From NCBI RefSeq assembly GCF_009914755.1, contig NC_060930.1: a DNA stretch of 64,000 nucleotides. One strand, given 5' to 3'. The position numbers and the translations under genes are program-made. Position 1 is the first letter of the stretch, and each line of letters starts with the position of its first letter. Origin of the DNA: the human T2T-CHM13v2.0 reference genome, Homo sapiens. The notes under the pieces are model-generated. The model saw nothing but the letters and a program-made list of their open reading frames with translations. It was not told where the DNA came from and did no database searches. Shown one piece after another: positions 50,106 through 64,000 of this stretch.

Positions 50106-51749
50106 CCATCCCAACTAGAAAAACTATTGGCTTGATTGATAGTTTATTTTCATTTCACCCATATATTTCACTAAACTTTCTTCTGGCTTAGGATTCAGCT
50201 GGAGTGATGTGTGATCCTGAGCTCTGATTGGTGTTCCAATTTTTCCCATAAAATTGAGGTTAATACAAAGTGCATGAGATCATTATAATCAGCTCAGTAA
50301 AAAGAACTGTGGGCACAAGAAGAGGTCAGAGAGTCCACAGAAGAGGAACAGACCCGGGAACAAATAGCTTAAACTTACAAAAGAGCTAGCATGAAGTCCT
50401 ATTTTTCAGGAAGAGGTGTCTATATAAGGCCAATGTGAGGTTCATTTTCAGGCAATTTATTAATGTTAATTGAGAGCTTTTTCTTCGTTTCAAATATTAT
50501 AGCCTTATTTTTCCTGTCTGAACTCAATAAACAGCTAGTAAAATTAGCCAACATGGACAAAAATTAACACGGAAAAGGCCTGTGGTCATAAAACACATTA
50601 ACTATTCAGCATTGAGACTATTTTTATTTCTATCTTCTGCCAGAAAATTAGCAGCAATTAAAACTATAATTTTTTTTCTTATTTCCATATAGGCCTGAGA
50701 GGTTAAAATAGAAAGTTAAATAACGTGAGTGACATACCAAATGACCCAGCAAGTGTTTGACTGAGATAAGTTTTAACACTTCTGCTAAAAAATTGAAAAA
50801 CTGTCACTTCCTTGTTAGAGCTGAAAATAGTCAGCTCTTACAAATTGTTCTTCCTGATGCAAATCCATATTAAGCTTTGTATTATTAACACGAATCACTC
50901 AAAACAATTCCAAATGGGACTTAGGGAGAATTGTGTAATAAATAATACTAGATTGTTGATAAAGCATTTAATCCAGTTTAAATGAGTGCTTTACCCCAAG
51001 AGAGCTGACTTGAGCTTTTTTTCCTTTCCTTCTATAAATTCAAGGCCTACATACAAATTCAATTTAATAAATATGTATTATGCAGCTGTTAGGTAAAAAT
51101 TCAGTGACTAGGTGCTTCCAGGACTACAAATGTGAAGAAGATGTAGTGAATACTATGTAAATTACAATGTAATTGTGGTAATGAATATGAAAAATGTATA
51201 ATTTATTACAATGGAAGGCAGCATAAAAACTGACTATTCAGTGAAGGTGTGGATTACTTTTAATGTGATGAAAAAGGAATTTATAAAAGAAATGATATTT
51301 GGGGTAGGCTTAGAAGTCTGTGCAGCATTTCAGAAGTTGGTGACGGCCCTTTAGGGTGATCATTCTGGGGAAGGGTCTTTCTTTCATGAAACAGGTAATG
51401 GAGAACTGAAAGCTCATGGTGTGTTCAGAGAACAGCTAGCAGAGGAGAGGAGGAAAGAAGAGAAGGAAGGAAGAAGATCAAGCTGAAATGGTACTACGGG
51501 GACTCTTAATGCTCCATTAAGCCAAATGGTTTGGACTTCATCTGTAAGTAATAGGGAGCCAATGAAGAGTGTGGGACAGGAGAGTAATTCAATTCAGTAT
51601 GTATTTTGAATTGATGGCTATGATAGTGACTAAGGAGAATTAGAAAGTAGAGGCAGTTAGACTAGTTCGGTGGCTGTAGAAATAGTCTAGGTGGGAGAGG
51701 AGGTCACATTTCAAAGGACCTTGAAGAAATGGGCACCTGTGGTGGAGAT

Positions 51750-52220
51750 ATTGTGTTGTCTCCCAATGTCTGTTTGTTCCTTCTTGCTTTACTTATAACC
51801 CCCCTCACCTTTCACTGGGTGCATCTCCATTCGGCATAAAGATTAATCCCTGCCTCCTTGGCAGTTAGATGGGGTCATGTGTCTAAGGTCTGGCTAGCAG
51901 ACATAAATGGAAGCAGTCTCTGCAACTTCTGCAGAATGACCCTAACGGAAGGGATTCACTTTTCTTTATCTTTTCTCCTTTCTGATGGTTGGAGGCTGGC
52001 CATGGTGGCTACAACTGGAGCAGCCATTTGGGTGGTGAGGTGAGTTCAAGATGGAAGCCAAGCACAACCTAGAAGGACCCTGACTCCCTGACACCATGGT
52101 TTGCCATATGGGACCTGGACTGATTCCCTTTGGAACTTTATCTGAGAGAAATAAACTTCTGTCTTGCTTAAGCCATTTTTATGGTGTCTTTCTGTCATTT
52201 GTAGCTAATCCTAATCCTAA
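51750..52220 (+). mobile_element. Old MLT1 LTR
   Basis: GAGAGAAATAAACTTCTGTCTTGCTTAAGCCA...CCTAA MLT1 3' end. Confidence 0.65.
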
Positions 52221-53357
52221 TTTTTACATTATCCTTCCATAAGCTGTGAAGAGCCACAAAAAGTTTTATGCGGGGGAATGAAATGATGAATATCATCTAT
52301 TGCAAGAGATTCTATGCCCGCCATGTCTTGAAAGAACTGCAGACACGCAATGCTTCAAGCAACAACACACCTTAGGAGACCACGGCAGCCACCTGGTTTG
52401 AGAGGGGACCTGGACTGAAATAAGGCAGCAGGAAGGGCCTATCATTCCCTGAAGATGCCCACAGCCCTTTCACAACTCCCATGTTTTTGCTCTTACTATT
52501 CCTTCTGATTAGAAAGATCTCACCTTCAAGACCTACCTAGTCCTGAAATGATCTTCGGCATTCTCACAGAGTTTTGTTTTCCTACAAAAGTTTGTCCACT
52601 CATTTCTTTGTTCATGCTATTAATGCTCTCTCAAACACATATATAAATCCGATGGTGTCTTTCCTGGTTAAACTCCCTGGGCAGACAAAGCACTCCAAGA
52701 ACTAAACATCATGGAGCACTTACTGTGCACTGGGCAGATTGTTACGCCCTTTATATGCACTGTCTTATTGAAGCCTCTAAACATCTCTATGAGGTGAGTA
52801 GCTTCTCTCCAAGAACGCTGGACTTCCCTCAAAAGCAGCACTCTCTCCTGGTCATCCTACATAGGCAAGGGGATATGTTGTTGTTGATAGTGTTGTTTCT
52901 GCCTTGGCGCCTCTCGAGTGGCCATTGGAAAGGTGGCTGCCCCTAGAGCTAGAGGCTTCCAAAAGGGGGTCATTAACACCTGTTGTCTTCAGATTTCTGT
53001 ATTAGCCACAACTCTCAACAACAACAAATAAACTCTATATCTTTTATATATTTAAATCACTGATCCAACTTAACAGATACTTACTGAATACCAATTCTGA
53101 ACTTTGCATTCTACAGTTTATTTTGGTGAAGAAAATGAAAAAAACACAGTTTTATTTTATTTTTCCATAGATTAGCCAGTTGTTCTAATACCATTTACTG
53201 AAAAAATAATAGTACTTATTTCCCTCTCTGGTTTGAAATACTATATTAATCATTTATTTTAAACTAATTTCGCATATGTGTGTATCTATAGGGATTTTAT
53301 AAACTCAAATTATTCCTGGGAATATAACCTTGTAATTGTGTGGAGTTTTTAATACTC

Positions 53358-53678
53358 TTTTTTTTTTTGTTTTTTTTAAGACAAGCTCTCACCGTGTCAC
53401 CGAGGCTGGAGTGCAGTAGTGCAAATTATAGCTCACTGTAACCTTGAGCTCCTGGGCTCAAGCAATCCTCCCAGCTCCCTGCCACAGCCTCCCAAGTAGC
53501 TAGGACTACTGGTGTGGGCCATCATGCTAGGATAATTTTTAATAATTTTTTTTTTTTTTTAAGAAACAAGGTCTTACTATGCTGCCCAAACTGGTCTTGA
53601 ACTCCCGGCCTCAAGCAGTCCTCCCACCTTGGCCTCCCAAAGTGCTGAGATTACATGCATGAGTCACCATGTCTGACC
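53358..53678 (-). mobile_element. Alu (AluJ)
   Basis: Reverse-complement Alu. Confidence 0.88.
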
Positions 53679-53684
53679 CTAACT

Positions 53685-55860
<2,176 letters not shown>

Positions 55861-55964
55861 CTGTCTCAAATACAAGAACACAAAAGCAAAATCATAATCA
55901 TAATCCACTGAAAGTTAGTGATATAGAGAAAAATCTTAAAGGAACTAAGAAAAGAAAAAGCTAA

Positions 55965-56186
55965 AATGGTAAGAACTTGTGAACACAGAGAATGAAATGA
56001 CAGGCACTGGAGTCTACTTGAAGGAGGAGGGTGGAAGGACGGAGAAGAGCAGAAAAGATAAGTATCGAGTACTGGGCTTAATACCTGGGTGATGAAATAA
56101 TCTGTACAACAAACCCCCATGACATGTGTTTATGTATGTAACAAACCTTCACATGTACCCCAAACCTAAAATAAAAGTCAAAAAAA
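55965..56186 (+). mobile_element. L1PA (older) 3' end
   Basis: GGGTGATGAAATAATCTGTACAACAAACCCCCATGACA...AACCTAAAATAAAAG. Confidence 0.85.
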
Positions 56187-56836
56187 GGAGCTGAATACAT
56201 ATAAGGATGAGATTATCATATTAAAGCCAGAATACATTGGAATAGCATCTTTAAAGTGTGAAAAGGAAGTTACAAAAGGAACAATGAATATTTCGTTTCC
56301 TATATGCACAGGGAGTTGGCCTTCCACAGTCAGAGCTGGTTAAGCACACTCTATAAGGTTGATGTCTGTCCTTAAGGCCGATGCTAGCGCTGTGGGGATG
56401 GCTGTGGCTGATGCAGGGAAGAAAGATGGCTGCCAAGGAGGATAAGGAGAGCAAGAATAAGCTAGAGCTCACAGAGCAAACTGGAACCATGTCAGCTCCC
56501 GTTGCCTCAGGTCTTGGTGGTGTGGGTGTCCTGCAGAATCTGAGATTCTTCATGAAGAAGCTAAACACACGCCTGGGCCAGCAGTCAGAAAAGGCGAAGG
56601 AGGACCTTGGGGAAGGTGGAGCAGTTGAAGGCCTGGCTGCTGTCTCCCACCAACAAGAGATCCAGATGATAAATGACAATGTGTATGAGCTACAAAAATG
56701 TCTGCTGCTTCATTTCCTCCTGATCTCACATAAGAATCTCCCCTGTGACCCTTCCTAATCAAAAATGCACACTGAGGAGAATTTGTAGAAATGTAATTGA
56801 GCTCTACACTCACATGTAATATTTCAGTTTATTTTA

Positions 56837-57168
<332 letters not shown>

Positions 57169-57170
57169 GA

Positions 57171-57242
<72 letters not shown>

Positions 57243-57279
57243 GAGAAAGAAAGAGAGAAAGAAAGAGAAAGAAAGAAAG

Positions 57280-57310
<31 letters not shown>

Positions 57311-57458
57311 AAAGGAAAGAAAGAGAAAGAAAGAAAGAAAGGAGGAAGGAAGGAGGAAGGAAGGAAGGAAGGAGAGAGAAAGAGAGAAAGAGAAAGAGAG
57401 AGAAAGAGAGAGAGAGAGAAAGAAAGAAGAAAAGAAAAGAAAAAAGAAGGAAGGAAGG
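57169..57458 (+). repeat. Complex (GAAA)n/(GGAA)n/(GA)n polypurine tract
   Basis: ~290 bp of A/G only on plus. Confidence 0.95.
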
Positions 57459-58431
57459 CAGGCTGAAAACCATCTGTAAAAAGCAGCATGCATATCTGGT
57501 TGCTTTAGATCTGGTTTATTGTGGTAACCATGCCCCAGAAGAGTTTCAGCAACTGTACTTACTGGAAAATATTATCTGGCTAGATCTCAGTAGAAAACAA
57601 GTCTTCCCCAGGTGGAATTTTGATAAAAATCTGTTAAATGTACACAGATGAAGGCAGAGTGAAGCAAAGCAAGAAGGAAAATTGGGGCATCGGAAGAAGC
57701 AACAGTAGGAAGTCTTTCCCTCCCAGAGTCCTGTGCAGCCTGGAGCGAAAAGGAGCTGTGGTGTGCAGGGACCCTGCTGGTGCCAGAACCTTGGTGTCAC
57801 CTGGAAAGAGTAGAGAAATACCCTGACCCAGCCTCATTGTGCCTTCTGATCTCCTGCAAAAGCCTCCCGAGGCTCCAAGCAGCAGAGAGAATGGCCGAAA
57901 ATGGATCTAGAAAGACAGAAAATAGCTGGTGCGAGTGATACCTAATTCAGCCAAACCTCTTGCTGTTTTACCAGAAGAACCTGAAATAGTTATGACAATA
58001 AATAAACTGATGTAGGGTTTATATTTTCTGTGAAATTTGCTCTTTCTCATTGAAGTTAAACCATATTCATCATTTTGACAAATACCATTACTTTTCATTT
58101 TTTTCTCAAATGGAACATTGCCCTATAAATTATTTTCATAACAAAGAGTGACTCAACTTTCAATAAAAGTGATGTATGGAAATCTGCCATGTTCTCATTC
58201 ATAAATTACTCACTATTACTCATAAATTTTCTGAATGTTAGTCAACTTCTCTAAGTGTTCTGGGTCACAGTAACTCACAGTTAGGCACTGAAAATACAGT
58301 TCAACTATTCTAAAGGTGAAAGTGTACAATGGACTAATATGACATTCATGTAATAACGTAAGAAAGCTGTCAGCTCAATATAGTCAAAGCACTAACTGCA
58401 CTTAGTTCAAAAAGTTGGTGGTTAAAACTCA

Positions 58432-58833
<402 letters not shown>

Positions 58834-58889
58834 GTTAAAATGTACAGCATAGATCTCCGGCTATTTCTTTGGAATATATTTGAGCTTCA

Positions 58890-59234
58890 CCCTCCCTTTC
58901 CTCCTTCCTTCCTTCTTTCCTTCCTTCCTTCCTTCCTCCCTCCCTCCCTTCTTTCCTTCCTTCCTTCCTTCTTTCCCTCCCCTCCCCTCTCTCCCTTCCT
59001 TTCTTCTTTCCTTCTTTCCCTCCCCTCCCCTCTCTCCCTTCCTTTCTTCTTTCCTTCTTTCCCTCCCCTCCCCTCTCTCCCTTCCTTTCTTCTTTCCTTC
59101 TTTCCCTCCCCTCCCCTCTCTCCCTTCTTTTCTTCTTTCCTTCTTTCCCTCCCCTCCCCTCTCTCCCTTCCTTTCTTCTTTCCTTCTTTCCCTCCCCTCC
59201 CCTCTCTCTCTTCCTTCCTTTCTTCTTTCTCTCC
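58890..59234 (+). repeat. Polypyrimidine tract containing a 43-bp x6 minisatellite
   Basis: CTTTCCCTCCCCTCCCCTCTCTCCCTTCCTTTCTTCTTTCCTT at 58971, 59014, 59057, 59100, 59143, 59186. Confidence 0.95.
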
Positions 59235-59914
59235 ACTTCCAAGCACTTTCATGTACATTCCCATTTAATCCTGAACAGAGGAATTATTTCCATAATGCAG
59301 ATAATGAAACTGAGGCCCAGAAAGTTTGAATGACTTGCCCACTCTCTCCAGTTTAGAAAAGTATGACCCATGAATCGAAAGCAGTTTACCTGCTTCCAAC
59401 TCCTCCCTACTTCAATAAAATACTTTATTATATCTTAAAAAGGCCATTTACCTGCCTACTGACTGGGTAACCTATACATAGTTTCCATGACCTAGCTGCC
59501 CTAAAAATCCATCTTCTGACTTCACTCCTATGAATGCCCTGGCTTGCTAGGGGAGATGTGTGAGCAGCCATTTTTATTTTTAAAAACTTTTTGCAAACTT
59601 ACTGGCTCCACAGTGGTAAAAAAAAAAAAAATCAAAACAACAACAAAAAACTCATGAGGGAGTGGTGACCTCTAAAAGCCACTCTTCAGGTCAAGAGATA
59701 AATTGGCTATAGGGACAGAAATTACAAATGCACCTGAAACACGCGTAACAAACTCCCAAATCAACTCAGAAGAGGAGACCTGCTCGAAGTCTGTGTTTGT
59801 CTGTTTCATCTTCCTCAACCAGCACTGGAGCGTGCAGAGTAGAGTGTGAGGTTTTCTCCAACATATATTTGCAAGGACATCTACTCTAACTTGCCACTTT
59901 CCCTCCATTCACAC

Positions 59915-60155
59915 TGATAATAACAATAATATTTATTGGGTTCTTACTACCTGACAAGTGCTCTTCTCAAATCTCTCCACAGTAAGCTCACTTAACCGTC
60001 ATATGGACCCTGTGAGGCAGGTGCCCTTATCTTGATTTTATAAATAAACAGACAGAGGCAAGTAAAGTAACTTGGCCCAGGTCACCCAGCTAGCATTGGC
60101 AGAGCCAGGCTCAGGGCCTAGGCAGTCTAACCCAACCCCTGCATTTTACCACCCT
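59915..60155 (-). mobile_element. MIR
   Basis: ACAGAGGCAAGTAAAGTAACTTGGCCCAGGTCACCCAGCTAG core. Confidence 0.7.
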
Positions 60156-61489
60156 CCAGCCAAGGTCTTCTTCAGGTCCTGCGTGAAAGTGCTCCCATTA
60201 ATCTGTGAACCTCTTGCAGAGTAGTAACAGTTTGTCCCAGTAGACTGCCCAGTACTGTGCACACTCAGCAAAGTTTATTGAATAGCTCGATAGTAATGAA
60301 TGGAGGGAGGAAGGAACAAAGGAAGGAAAGGAAACGAAAGGAAAAAACGGATATAAAAACACATGTTCTGAGAGGTCAGGAAAATAAAAGATTGTTTTAG
60401 GGTGGGTGGGGGTAGGAAGAAAAGGTTACAACAAAGAGCTGTGAATAATGGTAGAATTTTAGTCAGCACAGATGAAGAAAAGGAAATTTCAAGAAGAAAA
60501 TTATATAAACAAAGTCAGAGAAACTGGAAAGCCAGGAGATATATCCAGGTAACAGTAAGTGTCCCAATTAGTCATGGCTTAGTCTTGGGCTACATGAAGG
60601 GATACAGGGAGATAAGTCTGTTCAGGTCAGTTGAGTTGAGATTGCCGAATACTTCAAATGGTAGGATGAAGAAAATATTGGATAAAAAAATGGGAGCCCC
60701 TGGAGGAGTTTGAAGGAAGAGATGGGAGGATGACAATCTCAGGATTGTGCATTAGGAAAATTAAAATGGCACTAACACGTAGAGAATTGTACAGCAGGGG
60801 CTGCCGATCTACAGTGAATGGATCCCTTGGGTCCATCGATGAGTGTTAGGGAGTCTGTGAATCCCTGAGGTGTACATAGAACTTTGTCTGTATCTGTGTA
60901 TGTGCAAGTTTCTACTGAGAATATCCATAACCTCTCATGACTCCCAAAAACTGTGACCTGCCTCTATCAAAAGGACTATCCCAAGGCAGGAGTCCAAAAA
61001 GAGGCCAACATTCCACATGTATGAATACTTTCACATTATAAATCAAGCTAAGAAACTGTTAAATATGTTCTTCATCCTACGGTGGCAAATATAACCTCAC
61101 AATGATGAAACTGAGAAATATGTGACTACAAATGGGAAAATATTTTTAAGTGACTAAATTTAATTATTACTGAGCATATGTTGAGTGTTGATGGACCAAC
61201 AATGTTTGATGAATAAGAAAAAATATATACAATTCATACATTATGGCCCATTTATTCCTCATAACTTGTTTTTCTCACATTCATTCAACAAAATATTATA
61301 TCGTTATAGTAAGATTTCACATAGTTTTATTCTGTTGACATAACAATCTAAATAATTAAAAAATAAACAATAATGATATTCAAAACTCACTTTGAATTTA
61401 CTTTTGAAAAAATACAAATTCTAATAAATGTAAAAGACTCAAAATATCAAATAATATGTTAACATTATCTATTAAAATTAAAAGAATTA

Positions 61490-62530
61490 CAATAACAATG
61501 AGAAACCACTACACGCCTATAAGAATGGCTAAAATCCAAAGTACTGATGACACCAAATGCTGGCAAGGATGTGGAACAACAGGAACTCTCACTCATTGCT
61601 GATGGAAATGAAAGATGACACAGCCATTTTGGACGATGGTTTGGCAGTTTCTTACAAAATGAAACATACTCTTACTATATGATCCTTGGTGTTTACCCAA
61701 ATGAGTTGAAAACTTATGTCCACACAAAAACCTGCACACAGATTTTTTGGCAAATTTACTCATAATTGCTAAAACTTGGAAGCAACCAAGATGTCCTTCA
61801 GTAGGTGAATGGATAAACAAACTGTGGAACAGCCATACAATGGAATATTATTCCATGAAAAAAATAATTCAGCTATCAAACCACAAAAAAATGGGGGAAC
61901 CTTAAATACATATTGTTAAGTGAAGGATGTCCGTTTGAAAAGCTATGCACTATATGATTCTGACTATATGATATTCTGGAAAAGACAAAATTATGGGTAT
62001 GGTAACCCATAGTGAATATTTTAGGACTGAAACTATTCCGTATCATACTGTATGAGTGGATTACACATTTCTATACTATACTAATCATTATACATTTGTC
62101 AAAACCCAATTAGAGAAAAATCACACATATACGCATATACAAACCCAATAGAATGTATAACACAAAGAATGATCCCCAATGTAAACTGTGGGTTTTAGTT
62201 AATAAGAATGTACCAATATGGTTCATCAATTGTAACAAATGTACCACATTAAAACAAGATGTGACTAAAAGGGGAGACTAATGAATGTAAAGACTTAAAT
62301 GTTATCCTTTGCTTCATTTGCCATTTGAGAAAATGAAATCTATTATATTCACTAATATGTTATATCATAAAATAATAATACTTATAAAATGTCTTTTCAT
62401 ATTAAAAAAGATTAAGACACAAAAGTTTTCTTATTTATCCCTTTGTGTAGATGAGAGAAGATGAGGGGGTATGTGGGAATTCTCTGTACTTTCTATTTAA
62501 TTGTTCTTATAAATCAAAAACTGACCTCCC
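61490..62530 (+). mobile_element. L1MC/MB-type 3' end
   Basis: CACCAAATGCTGGCAAGGATGTGGA, GGAAGCAACCAAGATGTCCTTCA, GTAACAAATGTACCACA. Confidence 0.8.
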
Positions 62531-63098
62531 CAAAAGTCTGTCAATTAAAGCAAAGGCAGAATACAAATTATAACTAATGAACATAAACACTTAAAATAAA
62601 ATTATTTAAATAGATCAGGATTTCATTAATTTATTAATTCATATATTTTGAAGCTATTATTAGATGTGTAAGCTTTAGAATTGTTACCTCTTTCTGATTA
62701 ATTTACCACTTTATCATTATGAAATGACCTTTTTTATCTCTAGTAATACTTCTAATTTGCTTTCAAATGTACTTTGTCTGATATTAATATAGCCACTCTA
62801 GCTTTTTTTTATTCGTGTTAACATGCTGTATCTTTTCTCATAACTTCACTTGTGTCTTTATATTTAATGAGTATCTTTTCTGTAAGCAGTATATAGTTGC
62901 ATTTTTCTTTTTTGTACAGTCTGACCATCTTTGCCTTTTAGTTGGAGTGATTAGACTACTTATATTTAATGTGATTATTTATTTGTCAGGCTGAAATCTA
63001 ACATCTTGCCATTTGTTTTCTGTTTGTTTCATCTGTTCTTTGTTCCCCTTTTCCTCTTTTTCTGCTTTTTTTGGATCAATTGAGTATTTGAATAATTC

Positions 63099-63600
63099 CG
63101 TGTATTCTTCTCTTTCAGATGACTGTAAATGCAAAGTACAGCTTGCTTTGATATCTGACGGCAGGATGACATTATGCTACCACCGTTCTGTGGACATTCC
63201 ATATGAACACACCAAACCTATCCCTCTAAACAGATCCTGTGCATAATAACTAAGAAACACATGACCAGGTGCTCAGAGCCAGATTAGAAGAATATGAGCA
63301 CCTTGAGCAAGGACCCAGATAGACCAGCTTAGCAAAATGTTTGTTACCACTAAGCACTGTTGATATCCTCATGGACAGTATCACAGTGTCATAAAAAACT
63401 GAACCCTCCAAAAGACAGATGATTTCGAGGTTCCTGGGAATCAAAGAGAAACGTTATCCTTTGCTTCATTAGCCATTTGTGAAAATGCAATCTGTTATAT
63501 TCACTAATGGATATATCATAAAAATAATAATTATAAAATCTCTTTTCATATTAAAAAATATTAAGATACAGAAGTTTTCTTATCATTTTCTGTAGTTTTA
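63099..63600 (+). pseudogene. MRPL42P3: MRPL42 processed pseudogene (probably MRPL42P3), 5'-truncated
   Basis: [41 protein letters not shown], then frameshifted HDQVL..RLEE and KLNPPKDR-stop (63422), matching MRPL42 without introns; followed by presumed 3' UTR. Confidence 0.88.
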
Positions 63601-63616
63601 TTTCTTCCTTACCCTG

Positions 63617-63961
63617 CATATTAATCTATTCTCACACTGCTATAAATACCCAAGACTGCGTAATTTATGAAGTAAAGAGGTTTAATTGACTCACAGTTCA
63701 CTATGGCTGGGGAGGCCATATCAATTTTAAACTTACAATCAAGGCAAAAGGAGAAGCAGACACATTCTTCACAAGGCAGCTGGAGGGAGTGAGTGTGAGA
63801 GTGCGGTACCATTTATAAAACCATGAGATCTCACGAGAATGCACTATCACAAGAACAGCATGGAGGAAACCACCCCCATAATCCAATCACTTCCCTCCCT
63901 AGACACATGGGGATTACAATTCAAGATGAGATTTGGGTGGAGACACAGCCTAACCATATCA
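63617..63961 (-). mobile_element. MST (MaLR) solo LTR inserted in the MRPL42 retrocopy 3' UTR
   Basis: ATTAATCTATTCTCACACTGCTATA...GAGATTTGGGTGGAGACACAGCCTAACCATATCA; TSD CCCTG / CCTTG. Confidence 0.85.
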
Positions 63962-64000
63962 CCTTGTGTCAGTTCTGTATGGAGATCTTCTGTTAGTGCC

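Noticed and set aside
56426-56758. Faint resemblance of mixed-frame translations to POLR1D or TBCC
   Set aside because: Needs frame switching and recalled nucleotide sequence does not match; not supportable without a search.
58835-59329. 125-149 aa G/R/E- or P/F/S-rich ORFs
   Set aside because: Stop-free purine/pyrimidine minisatellite, not coding.

Overview
Primate (almost certainly human) repeat-rich intergenic DNA. By recall, SF3B5 plus an MRPL42 retrocopy fits 6q24.2, between PLAGL1 and STX11. The only credible protein-coding gene is the intronless SF3B5 (minus strand, 21966-22226), with a CpG-island promoter and a variant CATAAA poly(A) signal. The most informative structure is a 5.2-kb HERV-W (HERV17) element at 43075-48311, which is an L1-retrotransposed copy of a spliced viral RNA rather than a provirus. 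It has R-U5...U3-R ends, a poly(A) tail, a 16-bp TSD, no pre-gag leader, a tRNA-Arg-type PBS and a double deletion that leaves a ~36-nt env island. It sits in an ERVL > L1 > HERV-W nest. Also present: a near full-length Charlie3 hAT transposon with TIRs and TSD and its MER1B derivative, an MRPL42 processed pseudogene with a displaced copy of its 3' UTR, about 27 Alus, MaLR LTRs, L1/L2/MIR fragments and several tandem repeats, including an (AAAGG)25 Alu tail and a 43-bp x6 G4-motif minisatellite. An unexplained 110-codon ORF with strong Kozak context and AATAAA lies at 56426-56852. I found no convincing new biological system. Repeat subfamily names and boundaries are from recall and are approximate.
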